DNA of 64,000 nt from an uncultured delta proteobacterium (GCA_963805315.1 CAWDTQ010000015.1:516722-580721), one strand, 5' to 3'. Counted from the stretch's first letter, positions 33,256-42,365 are shown. Notes: generated from the sequence alone by a model not told the origin. Numbers and translations are program-made.

Positions 33256-33507
33256 TTACGCAACGAGGCGCTCTGGCTCACGCTCAGGCAGACCCCGCAA
33301 GCCGGCCGTCTTCAAGAATTCGCGCAGCGAGCGCTCGGTGTAGCGCACTGCCACGCCCACCTTATAAAACGCTGGAGCCTTACCGAAGGCTCTTCGCGCT
33401 ATCAGCCCTGTAGTGGAAATGTTGTAGCCATTAGCGCGCAGGAACGCCGCCGCTCCATCTTGTATGGTCGTTGCCATCGTCGTAGTCTTCGCGAAATGGG
33501 TTTGCAT
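33256..33507 (-). CDS. Small DNA-binding (excisionase/AlpA-type HTH-like) protein
   Basis: It is 83 aa (or 73 aa from MATTIQDG…), with …AAAFLRANGYNISTTGLIARRAFGKAPAFYKVGVAVRYTERSLREFL…. It is the first gene transcribed leftwards from the AT-rich iteron region. Confidence 0.4.
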   Translation of the reverse strand: MQTHFAKTTTMATTIQDGAAAFLRANGYNISTTGLIARRAFGKAPAFYKVGVAVRYTERSLREFLKTAGLRGLPEREPERLVA

Positions 33508-33756
33508 TCACGCCTACATTGACTAGTTCTATATCCTTCATCCATCCGTTCTTGACCTCATAATGTTCTTTCATCTCACACTAAGTCTAACTGACAGACC
33601 TAGGGAGTGCGGTCAATGACACATTGAGAGACTAATCAACACGCCCTTAGCCTAGGATGTGCATAACTATCTAGTTTCGCTACGCGGAGTCCTACGAGGC
33701 ACTTATAGGTACGTCGCCATGTCTGTGCTTTTATCTTACCGACGCTCTGGTCATGT

Positions 33757-33933
33757 GTCAGATAAAGTCAAGTCAGATGCGTTTTGAACTACCTATGGAA
33801 ATACCAACACACTATTCTCTCTACCCCCATACCTTCTCACGATATACTTTAATTTATCTGACTATCTGACTATCTGACTTTTATGTAATGGAACAAAGCA
33901 CTTTCCATCAGTCAGATAAAAACCGCATCTGAC
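33757..33933. repeat. Iteron/operator cluster (GTCAGAT[A/G] 8-mers in both orientations) in an AT-rich non-coding region
   Basis: Forward copies start at 33757, 33772 and 33911. Reverse copies are a perfect 3x tandem tatctgac at 33855-33878 plus one at 33926-33933. The surrounding 33520-33960 is visibly AT-rich compared with the rest of the window. Confidence 0.6.
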
Positions 33934-34286
33934 TTGCTGACTTTGCTCGAAATGCCATAACGCAACAGTTGCACGACGCCCGCACTGCTGCTCTGCACGC
34001 TCAATCCTATGCGTTGAAATTGCCGCTCGTCGCTCTCGACAGCATGCGCAGAGCGTGAATCGGCGCGCTTCGTTGGCAAAGAACTTGTGATTTTGAATCT
34101 TACGCTCCGCTCGAAAGCTCACCGAGCGTGCGACTTGCCCATCGCTGTCACAGATTTGTTACACGGCCAGAATAAGTGATGCGTGAGCGTTCAGACTCGA
34201 CGCGTCGCGCGTCCTGCTGAACGCTTCGATTCGTGCATCGACTCAGCATCTAGCTCCATCACTCCGGAATCGATAAGACTCGACGT

Positions 34287-34769
34287 ATGAAAGTAACGCC
34301 AAAACCAAAGTCGAAAACAACGAGCGAGATTTCACATCGCTCGCAGTCATCCCGCGCGAAGCGGGCAAGCCAGGCCGCCCAAAGCGACCACCGCGACCGC
34401 TAAGCACGAAGCGGTCAGCATCGCAGTGAAACGGCACATGCGCGACGTGAAGCTCGCTGCCCCGTGGCTTGAGGTCGCTGACGCGCCACTCGTGCGTCGC
34501 TTCGCGGAGTGCAAGTCATAATCGGGAGACTATATTTCGAGATACATCTGAACGGCGCATTCGACAACAAGCGTCAACCTCGATTCGTGCTCGACACGTA
34601 CCGTCGAATGGTACTGACTCAAGCAGCAATTGCCCGCGAGCTTGGTCTGTCGCCGCTCGCTCGAAAGCAACTGTCTCTCGCCACGCAGACGGGACAACCT
34701 CGCAGCGGCCATGGCGAAGCGCGTCAGCAGCGACAGCGACAAGGAGCCCGGGCTAAGGGCGTCGGGTAG
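34287..34769 (+). pseudogene. Putative phage terminase small subunit (P27-like), frameshifted
   Basis: The segments …GKPGRPKRPPRPL…, …APWLEVADAPLVRRFAECKS… and …FVLDTYRRMVLTQAAIARELGLSPLARKQL… follow the P27 TerS pattern but lie in 3 frames. Confidence 0.45.
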
Positions 34770-34975
34770 TCATTTCGATGCTCGGCCGCCCACTGGGCGG
34801 CCAAGCATTTCTGCCTGTTTAAGCGGTCGCCGCCACGGACATTAGCTAGCTCGCGTCCCAAATGGCTAGAGACGCCCTACCGCCATCCAGCGAAAGGCCC
34901 GAATTTACTAGACAATGCAGAATTGCCGATGTGGGGTCGATGTTTTTATGTGAAAGCATTTCGGACATGAGCTAG

Positions 34976-35645
34976 CTAATGTCCGCGCGCGACGCTTGAC
35001 TCTCGTGCGGCTCTCTCTTCGAGCTTTTGCTTCGCATCCTCGCGCCGCCAACGACGCACCTCGTGCACGTCTACGTCGTATTTTTTCGCCGCGTCTTTGT
35101 TGAGCTGAGTTTTGCGCTTGAAGTCATTTTGGATGGTAGGGTCTTCGCGCAGCCGCAGTCCGATGTACCCTAGACAGTCCTTCTTCTTGCTTTTCTCCCG
35201 TCGAACCTTCGCGGAATTCAGCTCCGCCCTCCATCGGCGTTCGAAGTCTCGGCCGTCGCGTTTCGCCTGATTAAGCCACTCAGGCATTTCAAATTCTTCT
35301 GCGAGCTTCAGATGCAGGTCCTCCAGCTCGTGGTAGAGCAGCACCGCATCGAAACGCTTAGCCGCGATGGCCTTGCGGACTTGCGCAACACGGTCGAGCG
35401 CTTCCTGGGCAGAGTTCGTCGGTCACTGGTCGCGGCGGATCTTGTTTCCGCAGCCCGCCGAACCAACGCTTCAGAAAGGCGAGCCGGTCGGTCAGGTTCT
35501 TGAGATGAGCCTTTTTGCTGACAGACGTTGCGCGGCACACCGCCTCTCCTAATCTAGTGCGAGCAGCGCAGATAATCCCTACTACACTGGGTATGCTCGG
35601 CCCGCCCGGTGGGCAGTCGAGCAAAGCCGTAGCCTGTGAAATCAC
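34976..35645 (-). pseudogene. Hypothetical island protein, frameshifted
   Basis: The C-terminal 122 aa are ORF 34976-35344 (…LLYHELEDLHLKLAEEFEMPEWLNQAKRDG…). An upstream part (…KKAHLKNLTDRLAFLKRWFGG…) is in another frame. Confidence 0.35.
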
Positions 35646-35909
35646 CGTGACCGTAGCTACGATTCTAATTAACTAGCGATTGACCCGACCGTCTTAGTTC
35701 TGTTCTTATAAGTTTGTAATGAAGCTATCGACACAGCGCCGCAGCGTCTACCCAGACAATAGCCCGCCACGAGCGGGCTACTCGTCCGGAGGAGCTCGCT
35801 TGCGTAAGAACAAGCCGAACGATTAGAGTGTGGCGATTTGCTGACGACTGACGACGCGGTCCGCAGAGCGCAGACGTTCACAACGGGGTGACGCGATACG
35901 ACGGCGGGC

Positions 35910-36065
35910 ATGTTCAGCATGCGCCGCGTCGTGTGGGTTAGAACCAATTTTCGTCCAGTACGGGCGTCTGTCAGATACCGAAAGGCCGACATCGAAGAAT
36001 GGTGCAAGAAGCGCATCGCAGAGCGCGGACGGTCGGCGGCGCGCAAGAGCGCGGGGCGCGAGTAG
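35910..36065 (+). CDS. Possible AlpA-like small regulator remnant
   Basis: 51-aa ORF: MFSMRRVVWVRTNFRPVRASVRYRKADIEEWCKKRI…. The '…VR(Y/W)…D(I/V)E.W' C-terminus resembles AlpA/excisionase proteins. The HTH part is not recoverable in frame. Confidence 0.25.
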   Translation: MFSMRRVVWVRTNFRPVRASVRYRKADIEEWCKKRIAERGRSAARKSAGRE

Positions 36066-36067
36066 CG

Positions 36068-36502
36068 ATGTCAGCGACGAATCGAGCGGCCGATCACGAC
36101 AGTTTTCAAGACGGCGCTCAGAATCAGATTGCTCACTTCGATGTTTCGAGTCTTACACGCGCTGAATGCGCTGCACTGCTCGCGCAAACGAAATCTCTTG
36201 AAGGCCGCCTGCTCGCGCGCTTGCTGACGAGCGATGAAAGCACAGCGGGTGAAACAAACAGCGATGGCGACCGATTGCTGGTCGAGCAGGCGGCGCAACT
36301 CCTCTCGGTCACACGAAGCTGGCTTTATCACCACGCGAAGCGCCTCGGGCTCGCGGTCGAGCTCGGCGACGGCACGCTTCGGTTTTCCTTTCTCGCGTGT
36401 CAACGATACATCGCGCATTCGGCTGTCGCGGTTCCTCGCACGCGCGGAGCACGTTATCGCTCCAGGATTCGGTTTGAGACTCGACAAGAAGCCATTTTAT
36501 AA
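36068..36502 (+). CDS. HTH DNA-binding protein (excisionase-like), immediately upstream of the integrase
   Basis: From the ATG at 36068: MSATNRAAD…LLVEQAAQLLSVTRSWLYHHAKRLGLAVELGDGTLRFS…. The position and HTH pattern suggest Xis. Confidence 0.5.
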   Translation: MSATNRAADHDSFQDGAQNQIAHFDVSSLTRAECAALLAQTKSLEGRLLARLLTSDESTAGETNSDGDRLLVEQAAQLLSVTRSWLYHHAKRLGLAVELGDGTLRFSFLACQRYIAHSAVAVPRTRGARYRSRIRFETRQEAIL

Positions 36503-36543
36503 TGCCTCGTCGCTAATCGACAGTTCGCATAGGAGGACAGAGA

Positions 36544-37703
36544 ATGAGCAAGCAGCTTTGGGGAACTGGCAACGTTTACAAACGCGGGCGCGTTTGGTGG
36601 TTCTACTACTGTGCTCGCGGCAAAACCTACCACAAGTCCGCCAAGACGCCGAAGCGCGCAGAAGCAGTCAAAGCGCTCAAGAACGCCGTTGGCGAATCGT
36701 CGAACAGTCGCGTCGTCATCGCCCCTGTCGCAGAGCGCGTCACGCTCAAGCAGATGCTCGACGCGCTGCGCGACGATTACGTCCGCAAAGGCAACCGCAG
36801 CAAATTCGTCGCGCGCTCGCACTACTTGCTCGCCCATATCGGCGAGGATGCACGCGCAGTCAATCTGACACGCGACGCCGATTTCAGCACTACGTCGCTA
36901 TGCGTCGCGCGACGCTCATCAAGCGCGCCACCGGCAACAAAATCATCGTCAAGGGAAAACGCGTCGTAGAGCGCGTCGAGCAGCCGCCGTCGAACGGGAC
37001 AATCAACTTTGAACTCGCCCTTCTCAGGCGCGCGTTCAACATTCAAGTCGAAGCTCGCAAACTGTCGCGCGACCACGTTCCAGTGATGCCGATGCTGGAA
37101 AAATCGAAACCGCGCCAGGGGTTCCTCGACCCTGCCGAATTTGATGCGCTCGTCGTCAAGCTCCCTGAGCATCTGCGCGATGCAGTTCGCTTTCTCTACG
37201 CAAGCGGCTGGCGCAAGAACGAAGCTATGACCCTTGAATGGCGCGACGTGGATTTCCAAAACGGCGTGATTCGTCTTCGCGCCGAGCACTCGAAGAACAA
37301 GCAGACGCGCGTGCTCCCGCTCGCTGACGAAGTGCTCGAAATCATCAAGCGCGCTCGCTCGACGCGCTCGCTCGCTTGCCCGTTCGTATTTCAGCACGAC
37401 GGCGCGAAGCTCCCCACCTTCCGCAAGGTATGGGCGAATGCCTGCAAGGCGGCGGGTCTTGGCCGTCTGGTCATTCACGACCTGCGCCGCTCAGCCGTTC
37501 GCAATCTCGTTCGTGCAGGCGTCAGCGAGAGCGTGGCGATGGGTTTCACGGGGCACAAGACGCGCAGCATTTTCGACCGATACGACATCCTCGACAAGCG
37601 GGACCTCGAAGCTGCGTCAGCGAAGCTCGCGAGCTATGTGCGCGAGCGCGCTCAGGAAGAACCGAAGGTGGCCGCCCAGCTTCCGCAGCGCAAGAGCGCG
37701 TAA
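36544..37703 (+). pseudogene. Tyrosine recombinase/integrase, one frameshift near 36885 as sequenced
   Basis: The N-terminus (MSKQLWGTGNVYKRGRVWWFYY…) is ORF 36544-36969. The catalytic domain lies in the frame of ORF 36234-37703: …FLYASGWRKNEAMTLEWRDV…, HDLRRSAVRNLVRAGV…GHKTRSIFDRYDI (R…HxxR…Y). Confidence 0.85.
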
Positions 37704-37728
37704 GTAACAAGGCAGTCCCGTAGCCTCG

Positions 37729-38091
37729 CTATTCTTCCTGATGGCAAACGGCTTCTATGTTGTTGCCGTCGGGATCCTTCACGAAGCCGCCGTAGTAGTT
37801 GGCGGAATATTGGGGACGGAGACCGGGCTTGCCGTTGTCCTTGCCGCCGGCGGGCAGAGCGGCATCGTAGAACGCCTTCACGGCAGCGCGGTTCTTGGCC
37901 ACGAATGCAACATGGACAGGTCCGGTCGGTTCGCCCTTGGCCAAACACAAGGCGGGCGCGTCCTTGGGGCCAAAGACCACTATTCCGTCCGCGTCGTACT
38001 GCACGCTGAAGCCAAGCGGCGCCAGCGCGGCGCTGTAGAAGCGCTTGCTCGAGTTGAGGTCCTTCACCTTAAGCATGATGTGATCAAACAT
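37729..38091 (-). CDS. VOC/glyoxalase family protein
   Basis: MFDHIMLKVKDLNSSKRFYSAALAPLGF…VHVAFVAKN…GGFVKDPDGNNIEAV is 120 aa from the ATG at 38091. Confidence 0.8.
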   Translation of the reverse strand: MFDHIMLKVKDLNSSKRFYSAALAPLGFSVQYDADGIVVFGPKDAPALCLAKGEPTGPVHVAFVAKNRAAVKAFYDAALPAGGKDNGKPGLRPQYSANYYGGFVKDPDGNNIEAVCHQEE

Positions 38092-38218
38092 GACTCTCTC
38101 CTTCTCTGACTTTCGTTTTCTCGACCCGGACGGCTCTCGTGCCGCGCCGCCGGCGCCTAACGACACGCAAGAGCGCGCGCAGTCGTGTGAACGCTGCGCG
38201 CGCTTTTTTCGTCCGCCC

Positions 38219-38244
38219 TCAAAAGTTTTACAAACTGTTACAGT
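38219..38244. repeat. Candidate integrase arm-type site (right)
   Basis: tcaaaagttttacaaactgttacagt lies ~70 bp inside the island from the att core and matches 24445-24470 at 22/26 positions. Confidence 0.35.
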
Positions 38245-38311
38245 TTTCGCATCCTGCCAATCGCGTGGTCATTTGAAGCGCTACAAAGCATTGAATCCAA
38301 AAGGGTTTTGA

Positions 38312-38354
38312 GTGAGCCGGCCGGGACTTGAACCCGGGACCCTGTGATTAAAAG
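38312..38354. repeat. att repeat (tRNA-proximal)
   Basis: Identical 43/43 to 24292-24334. It overlaps the 3' half of tRNA-Lys. Confidence 0.85.
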
Positions 38355-38385
38355 TCACATGCTCTACCACCTGAGCTACCGGCTC
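38313..38385 (-). tRNA. tRNA-Lys (anticodon UUU)
   Basis: Hand-folded cloverleaf: GAGCCGG-TA-GCTC-AGGTGGTA-GAGC-A-TGTGA-CTTTTAA-TCACA-GGGTC-CCGGG-TTCAAGT-CCCGG-CCGGCTC-A. It is 73 nt with a perfect acceptor stem, and CCA is not encoded. Confidence 0.9.
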
Positions 38386-38639
38386 GCCGAGAGATTCCCA
38401 TGCTTACAGGGAATTCGAAGCGTTGGAAATAGACACGACTCGGAGGCCGTTCCGCAACCCTGCGCGTCTGAGATAAATTAGAGGCCGGCCGCGGGCGGAC
38501 GGAACTGGGCGGGAGGACGACGACGTGCAAGATGCGGAGCGGAGCGAAGCGGACGGCAGCCTGGCGCATGAAAATCCACCACTGAAAAGATCGAAGCGGG
38601 AAACCGCGGACGCGCCGACGCTCAAGCCGCCCGCCGTCG

Positions 38640-40170
38640 ATGTCGTTATTCCGCTATTCCCCGGGACTGATACTTATTTCCATCGCGATCGCCGATTCGA
38701 TTCGGCGGCCGGATCCGGATTTGTGGGGTCACGTTCGTTTCGGTCAGGACTGTCTTGAGCCTGCATCACCTGCTGCTGCACGATACCTTACTCCTATTCG
38801 GCCGCCGGGCATACTTGTACGACCACGAATGGCTCACCGATGTACTGTTGGCGGCAGTCTTCAACCATGCCGGCGTCTTCGGACTCATCCTGCTGAAACT
38901 CGCGTGCACTGCGGTCGTGATCCTTGCGCTCGCGGCAGCGATGGCCGAGACCGACTCGTCGACCCTGGTTCAATTTGCGGTTCTGATCGGGTCGGCGGTG
39001 GTGATCAAGCCGCAAATGCAGTTTCGTCCGCAATCATTCACGTTCGCGCTGTTGGCGGTGCTGATTTACCTGCTTACACGCGATGCTTATCGGCGGACGG
39101 GACGGCTATGGCTGGCGATTCCGATACTTGCGCTGTGGGCGAATCTGCACGGCGGATTCATCATGGGCATCGCCGCGCTCGGCACTTACAGCGCCGTGTC
39201 GGGATTGCAGGATGTCATAGCGGGGCGCGGCTACCGTCGAGCGATAAGACTCGCGGCAATCACCGGCGCGGCGATCCTCGCGACGCTGGCGACGCCGTAT
39301 GGATTCGGGACGTGGCAGGCCATCGCGCACGCGTTGCGCAATCCATACACACGCGTCGTGATCGTGGAATGGCAGCCGCTCGTATCGGCGGCGATCGAAC
39401 ATTGGCAACAGCACAGGTTTCGTGATCTCGAACTATGACATCGGGATCGCGATGATCGCGGCGACCGCCATTTCGTGGGCGTTGACGATCGAGGCCGACC
39501 GATTTGCCGCTGTTTGCGATCGCCGCGGTGATGGCGATAGCGGCGTTCATTTCGACCCGCAATCTTCCGATCGCGATGATCGCGCTGGCGGCGCCGCTTG
39601 CGCGTCATGCGCCGCGGGCGTGGCAAAAGATGGTGCCTGCGAGGGCAGCGCGCAGAGCCGCAACAGCCCTCAGGATGGCTTAACCAGGCGATTCTGATCG
39701 CGCTGTCGATCGTGATTTTCGTTCAAGGCGGATTCTTCTCGCGCTCGCTGACATCGCCCGACCCGTACCCGGCCAGCGCATGCGAATTCATGAAGCAGCA
39801 CCATCTTCGGGGCAACATCCTGAACACATTCCAATGGGGCGATTACCTGATCTGGCACACCGCGCCGGAGTCCAAGGTGTTCATCGACGGCCGTTACGAT
39901 ACGGTCTTCCCGCTCGAAAGTCATCTACAAGTTCGCTTTGTTCAATTATCAATTAGCCGGGCGGCGCCGCGATTCTGAGCGAGTATCCGTCCGACTTCGT
40001 CCTGATCAAGCCGGATTCCCGATGCGCGAGCGGTGATGGACACGCAGGCGGACTGGAAACTGATCTACCAGGATGCGGTGTCGCGGCTCTACGCGCGACA
40101 AGACTCGGCGGCGGCGCAAATAGCAGGAGTTCCGGTGACAGGCGTCGCGCAACCCGGCCGGTTCCCGTAG
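38640..40170 (+). pseudogene. Large polytopic membrane protein (possible glycosyltransferase-like), about 4 frameshifts as sequenced
   Basis: Hydrophobic segments are spread over ORFs 38640-39425, 38755-39438, 39422-39697 and 39598-39978, plus the tail …DWKLIYQDAVSRLYAR…. The motif LWANLHGGFIMGIAALG is present. The family was not recognised with confidence. Confidence 0.45.
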
Positions 40171-40190
40171 TCGCGGGTGGGCGAGTTCGG

Positions 40191-40583
40191 TCAGGCGCGG
40201 GAGCCGGTGCTGAACAGAGGGGCAAACGCCGCCCGATAGTGCCAAGCCAGGAACGCCTCGAGCGCAGCCACCACGAGCGCGATCACCAGCTGCATGGGCA
40301 CCGGCGAGAGAAAAATGTGGAAGCAGACGATGTTCACAATCTCCGGCGCGAGAATGATCAACCCAAACGGCACAGCGACGCCCAGCAGAAGCAGCGCTCC
40401 TCCTAGAACCTGGGGGCCGAAGATCAGCGTAAACATGTAGCCGGTCTGGATCAACGCGCCGAAGAATGCACCCGCGGCAGGAGTGGGCGGAGGATTCGGC
40501 ATGAAATGCAGAAAGCCGTTCAAGCCGAAGACGAAGAACACCAAGCCCAGGAGAACGCGAGCAATAATAACTGCGACCTTCAT
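40191..40583 (-). CDS. DoxX-like small membrane protein
   Basis: 130 aa with 4 TM helices: MKVAVIIARVLLGLVFFVFGLNGFLHF…. Confidence 0.65.
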   Translation of the reverse strand: MKVAVIIARVLLGLVFFVFGLNGFLHFMPNPPPTPAAGAFFGALIQTGYMFTLIFGPQVLGGALLLLGVAVPFGLIILAPEIVNIVCFHIFLSPVPMQLVIALVVAALEAFLAWHYRAAFAPLFSTGSRA

Positions 40584-40930
40584 CCTTGATTCCTCCCGCG
40601 CTATTCATAGCAAGCGTCCGCGCGCTCGACTATCCAGAATCCAGGTCCGGGGCCGTTTTATCCCTTCGAGTCTGAGAACGTTTGCGCGATCTTTTCGCCT
40701 GTTCATGACGGGAAACAATACTGTGCATAAGCCGCGGAAAGCTCAATTTTTCAGCCGGTTAGCACCCTGACAGGCGAGCTGGAGGTACGATTGAACGCTC
40801 AGGGGTAGATTTTGCAAGGTTTCCGCGTCATCATTACGCCTCGCTCGGCCGTCGAGAGTACGAGCGATGACAAGACTTAAAAGGACTCGCATATTGATAA
40901 AGCGAGGCAGTAAAATCCACGCCGAACCGC

Positions 40931-40959
40931 TTGACATACAAGCCTCTACTCGAATATAT
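40931..40959 (+). promoter_or_regulatory. Candidate sigma-70 promoter for the sigma-54 activator gene
   Basis: TTGACA (40931-40936), a 17-nt spacer, then ATATAT (40954-40959), about 80 nt upstream of the ATG at 41038. Confidence 0.3.
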
Positions 40960-41037
40960 CCAGACCCTACAAACTGATTGAGTAGGTTTAGTAACTAACT
41001 GTAGGTCAAAGATCGGCGCTGAGAGAGGGAACCAAAG

Positions 41038-42222
41038 ATGCCCGTTGAAGAGTACTCGGCGAACGGATCGCCGGTCGCGGATGCGATGAATAATCGCTCC
41101 GAGCCGGCGGTCGCCGCGCGCGAGTGGTTCAGCCTGGAGCATCTTGCGCAGGGGTCGGAACGGGTGGGCGGGATGGTGGTGCGGTCCGCGCAAGTGCGCA
41201 AGGTCCTGAAAACCATTTCGCGCTTAAGTCCTTACAAAGCAACCGTCCTGATTCACGGCGAATCGGGGACCGGCAAGGAGCTGGTCGCGCGAGCGTTGCA
41301 TACGCTCGGCTCGACTCCGGGCGGCCCCTTCGTCACCTTCAATTGCTCCAACCTGGTCGAATCGCTGGCGGAGTCCCAGCTGTTCGGCCACGTGCGCGGT
41401 GCTTTCACCGATGCCCGCGAGGATTCGCTCGGCTATTTCCGCTCCGCCAACGGCGGAACGCTTTTCCTCGACGAAATCGGCGAGCTGCCGCTGCACCTTC
41501 AGCCCAAGCTGCTGCGCGCCGTCGAGAGCCACGAGATTCAGCCGGTCGGTTCTTCCCGCACCTACTCGGTTGATATTCGGCTGGTCGCGGCCAGCAATCG
41601 CGATCTGCGGGCGATGGTCAAGGCGGGCCAATTCCGCGACGACCTCTACTATCGACTCAACGCGGCCGCCATCGTGGTGCCTCCCCTGCGCGAACGGCGC
41701 GAGGCAATCCCGGCCTTCGTTGCCCATTTCATCGAGCACTTCAACCGACTGTTCGGCAAGGACATAAAGTACGTTTCGCGCGCCGCGATGGACGCGCTGT
41801 GCGCCAACCAATGGCCCGGCAACGTCCGCGAGCTCGGCCACACTATCGAGAGCGCCGTGTTGATGGCCGACGGCGACCGCATCGGCCTCGAAGAGCTGCC
41901 GACCCCGCACGACGACGCATCCGCCGAGGCTATGGGAGCATCGGCCGATGAGCTCCTGCATGGTGGCGGGCTTGACCTGGTCGAGGCCGGCGCCACCAGC
42001 AACGCCAAGGACTGGCCCTACTCGCTCGACGCCGTGATCCGCGAGGCCTCCAAGCTCGCGCTGATGCGTGCGCTGCAGGCGACCGAAGGCAATTGCCATC
42101 GCGCCGCGGAGTTGCTGGGTGTGTCGCGTTACACGGTCTACCGGATGCTGAATCGGTATGGTCTGGCCGAAGGCCGCACGTACCGGACTTTCCGCAAGCC
42201 GCACGCCCGCCGCGCCAGTTAG
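41038..42222 (+). CDS. Sigma-54-dependent transcriptional activator (AAA+ EBP with Fis-type HTH, no receiver or sensor domain)
   Basis: VLIHGESGTGKELVARALH, GAFTDA (the GAFTGA loop variant), LFLDEIGELP, and the C-terminal HTH (…GNCHRAAELLGVSRYTVYRMLNRYGL). Only ~70 aa precede the AAA+ core. Confidence 0.9.
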   Translation: MPVEEYSANGSPVADAMNNRSEPAVAAREWFSLEHLAQGSERVGGMVVRSAQVRKVLKTISRLSPYKATVLIHGESGTGKELVARALHTLGSTPGGPFVTFNCSNLVESLAESQLFGHVRGAFTDAREDSLGYFRSANGGTLFLDEIGELPLHLQPKLLRAVESHEIQPVGSSRTYSVDIRLVAASNRDLRAMVKAGQFRDDLYYRLNAAAIVVPPLRERREAIPAFVAHFIEHFNRLFGKDIKYVSRAAMDALCANQWPGNVRELGHTIESAVLMADGDRIGLEELPTPHDDASAEAMGASADELLHGGGLDLVEAGATSNAKDWPYSLDAVIREASKLALMRALQATEGNCHRAAELLGVSRYTVYRMLNRYGLAEGRTYRTFRKPHARRAS

Positions 42223-42233
42223 TCAGTTCTGTT

Positions 42234-42266
42234 CTGTCTCCCCTTCCGAAATGGGAGGGGAGACAG
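42234..42266 (+). terminator. Hairpin after the activator gene
   Basis: ctgtctcccct (42234-42244) pairs with aggggagacag (42256-42266) around an 11-nt loop. It starts 12 nt after the stop codon, and only a weak T-tract follows. Confidence 0.4.
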
Positions 42267-42365
42267 TGATTTGCGCCCCGTTGAGCACGATCCCACAAGC
42301 CGTGTAACCTGACGCCAACGGTTCTCCGCGGCCGCTCCAACGCCGTCCCGGGAACCCAACCAACG

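Larger units (their letters stand above)
24292..38354. mobile_element. 14.06-kb tRNA-Lys-integrated element (phage-satellite-like or degraded prophage-like island)
   Basis: Perfect 43-bp direct repeats lie at both ends. A tyrosine integrase sits next to the intact tRNA. The element carries Xis/AlpA-like HTH genes, a primase-helicase, an iteron region, terS/terL and R-M cargo. No capsid, portal, tail or lysis genes are recognisable. Confidence 0.8.

Noticed and set aside
33855-33878. Tandem 8-bp repeat considered as a CRISPR-like or microsatellite feature
   Set aside because: The unit is far too short, there are no spacers and no cas genes. Together with the inverted copies nearby, it is better explained as protein-binding iterons.
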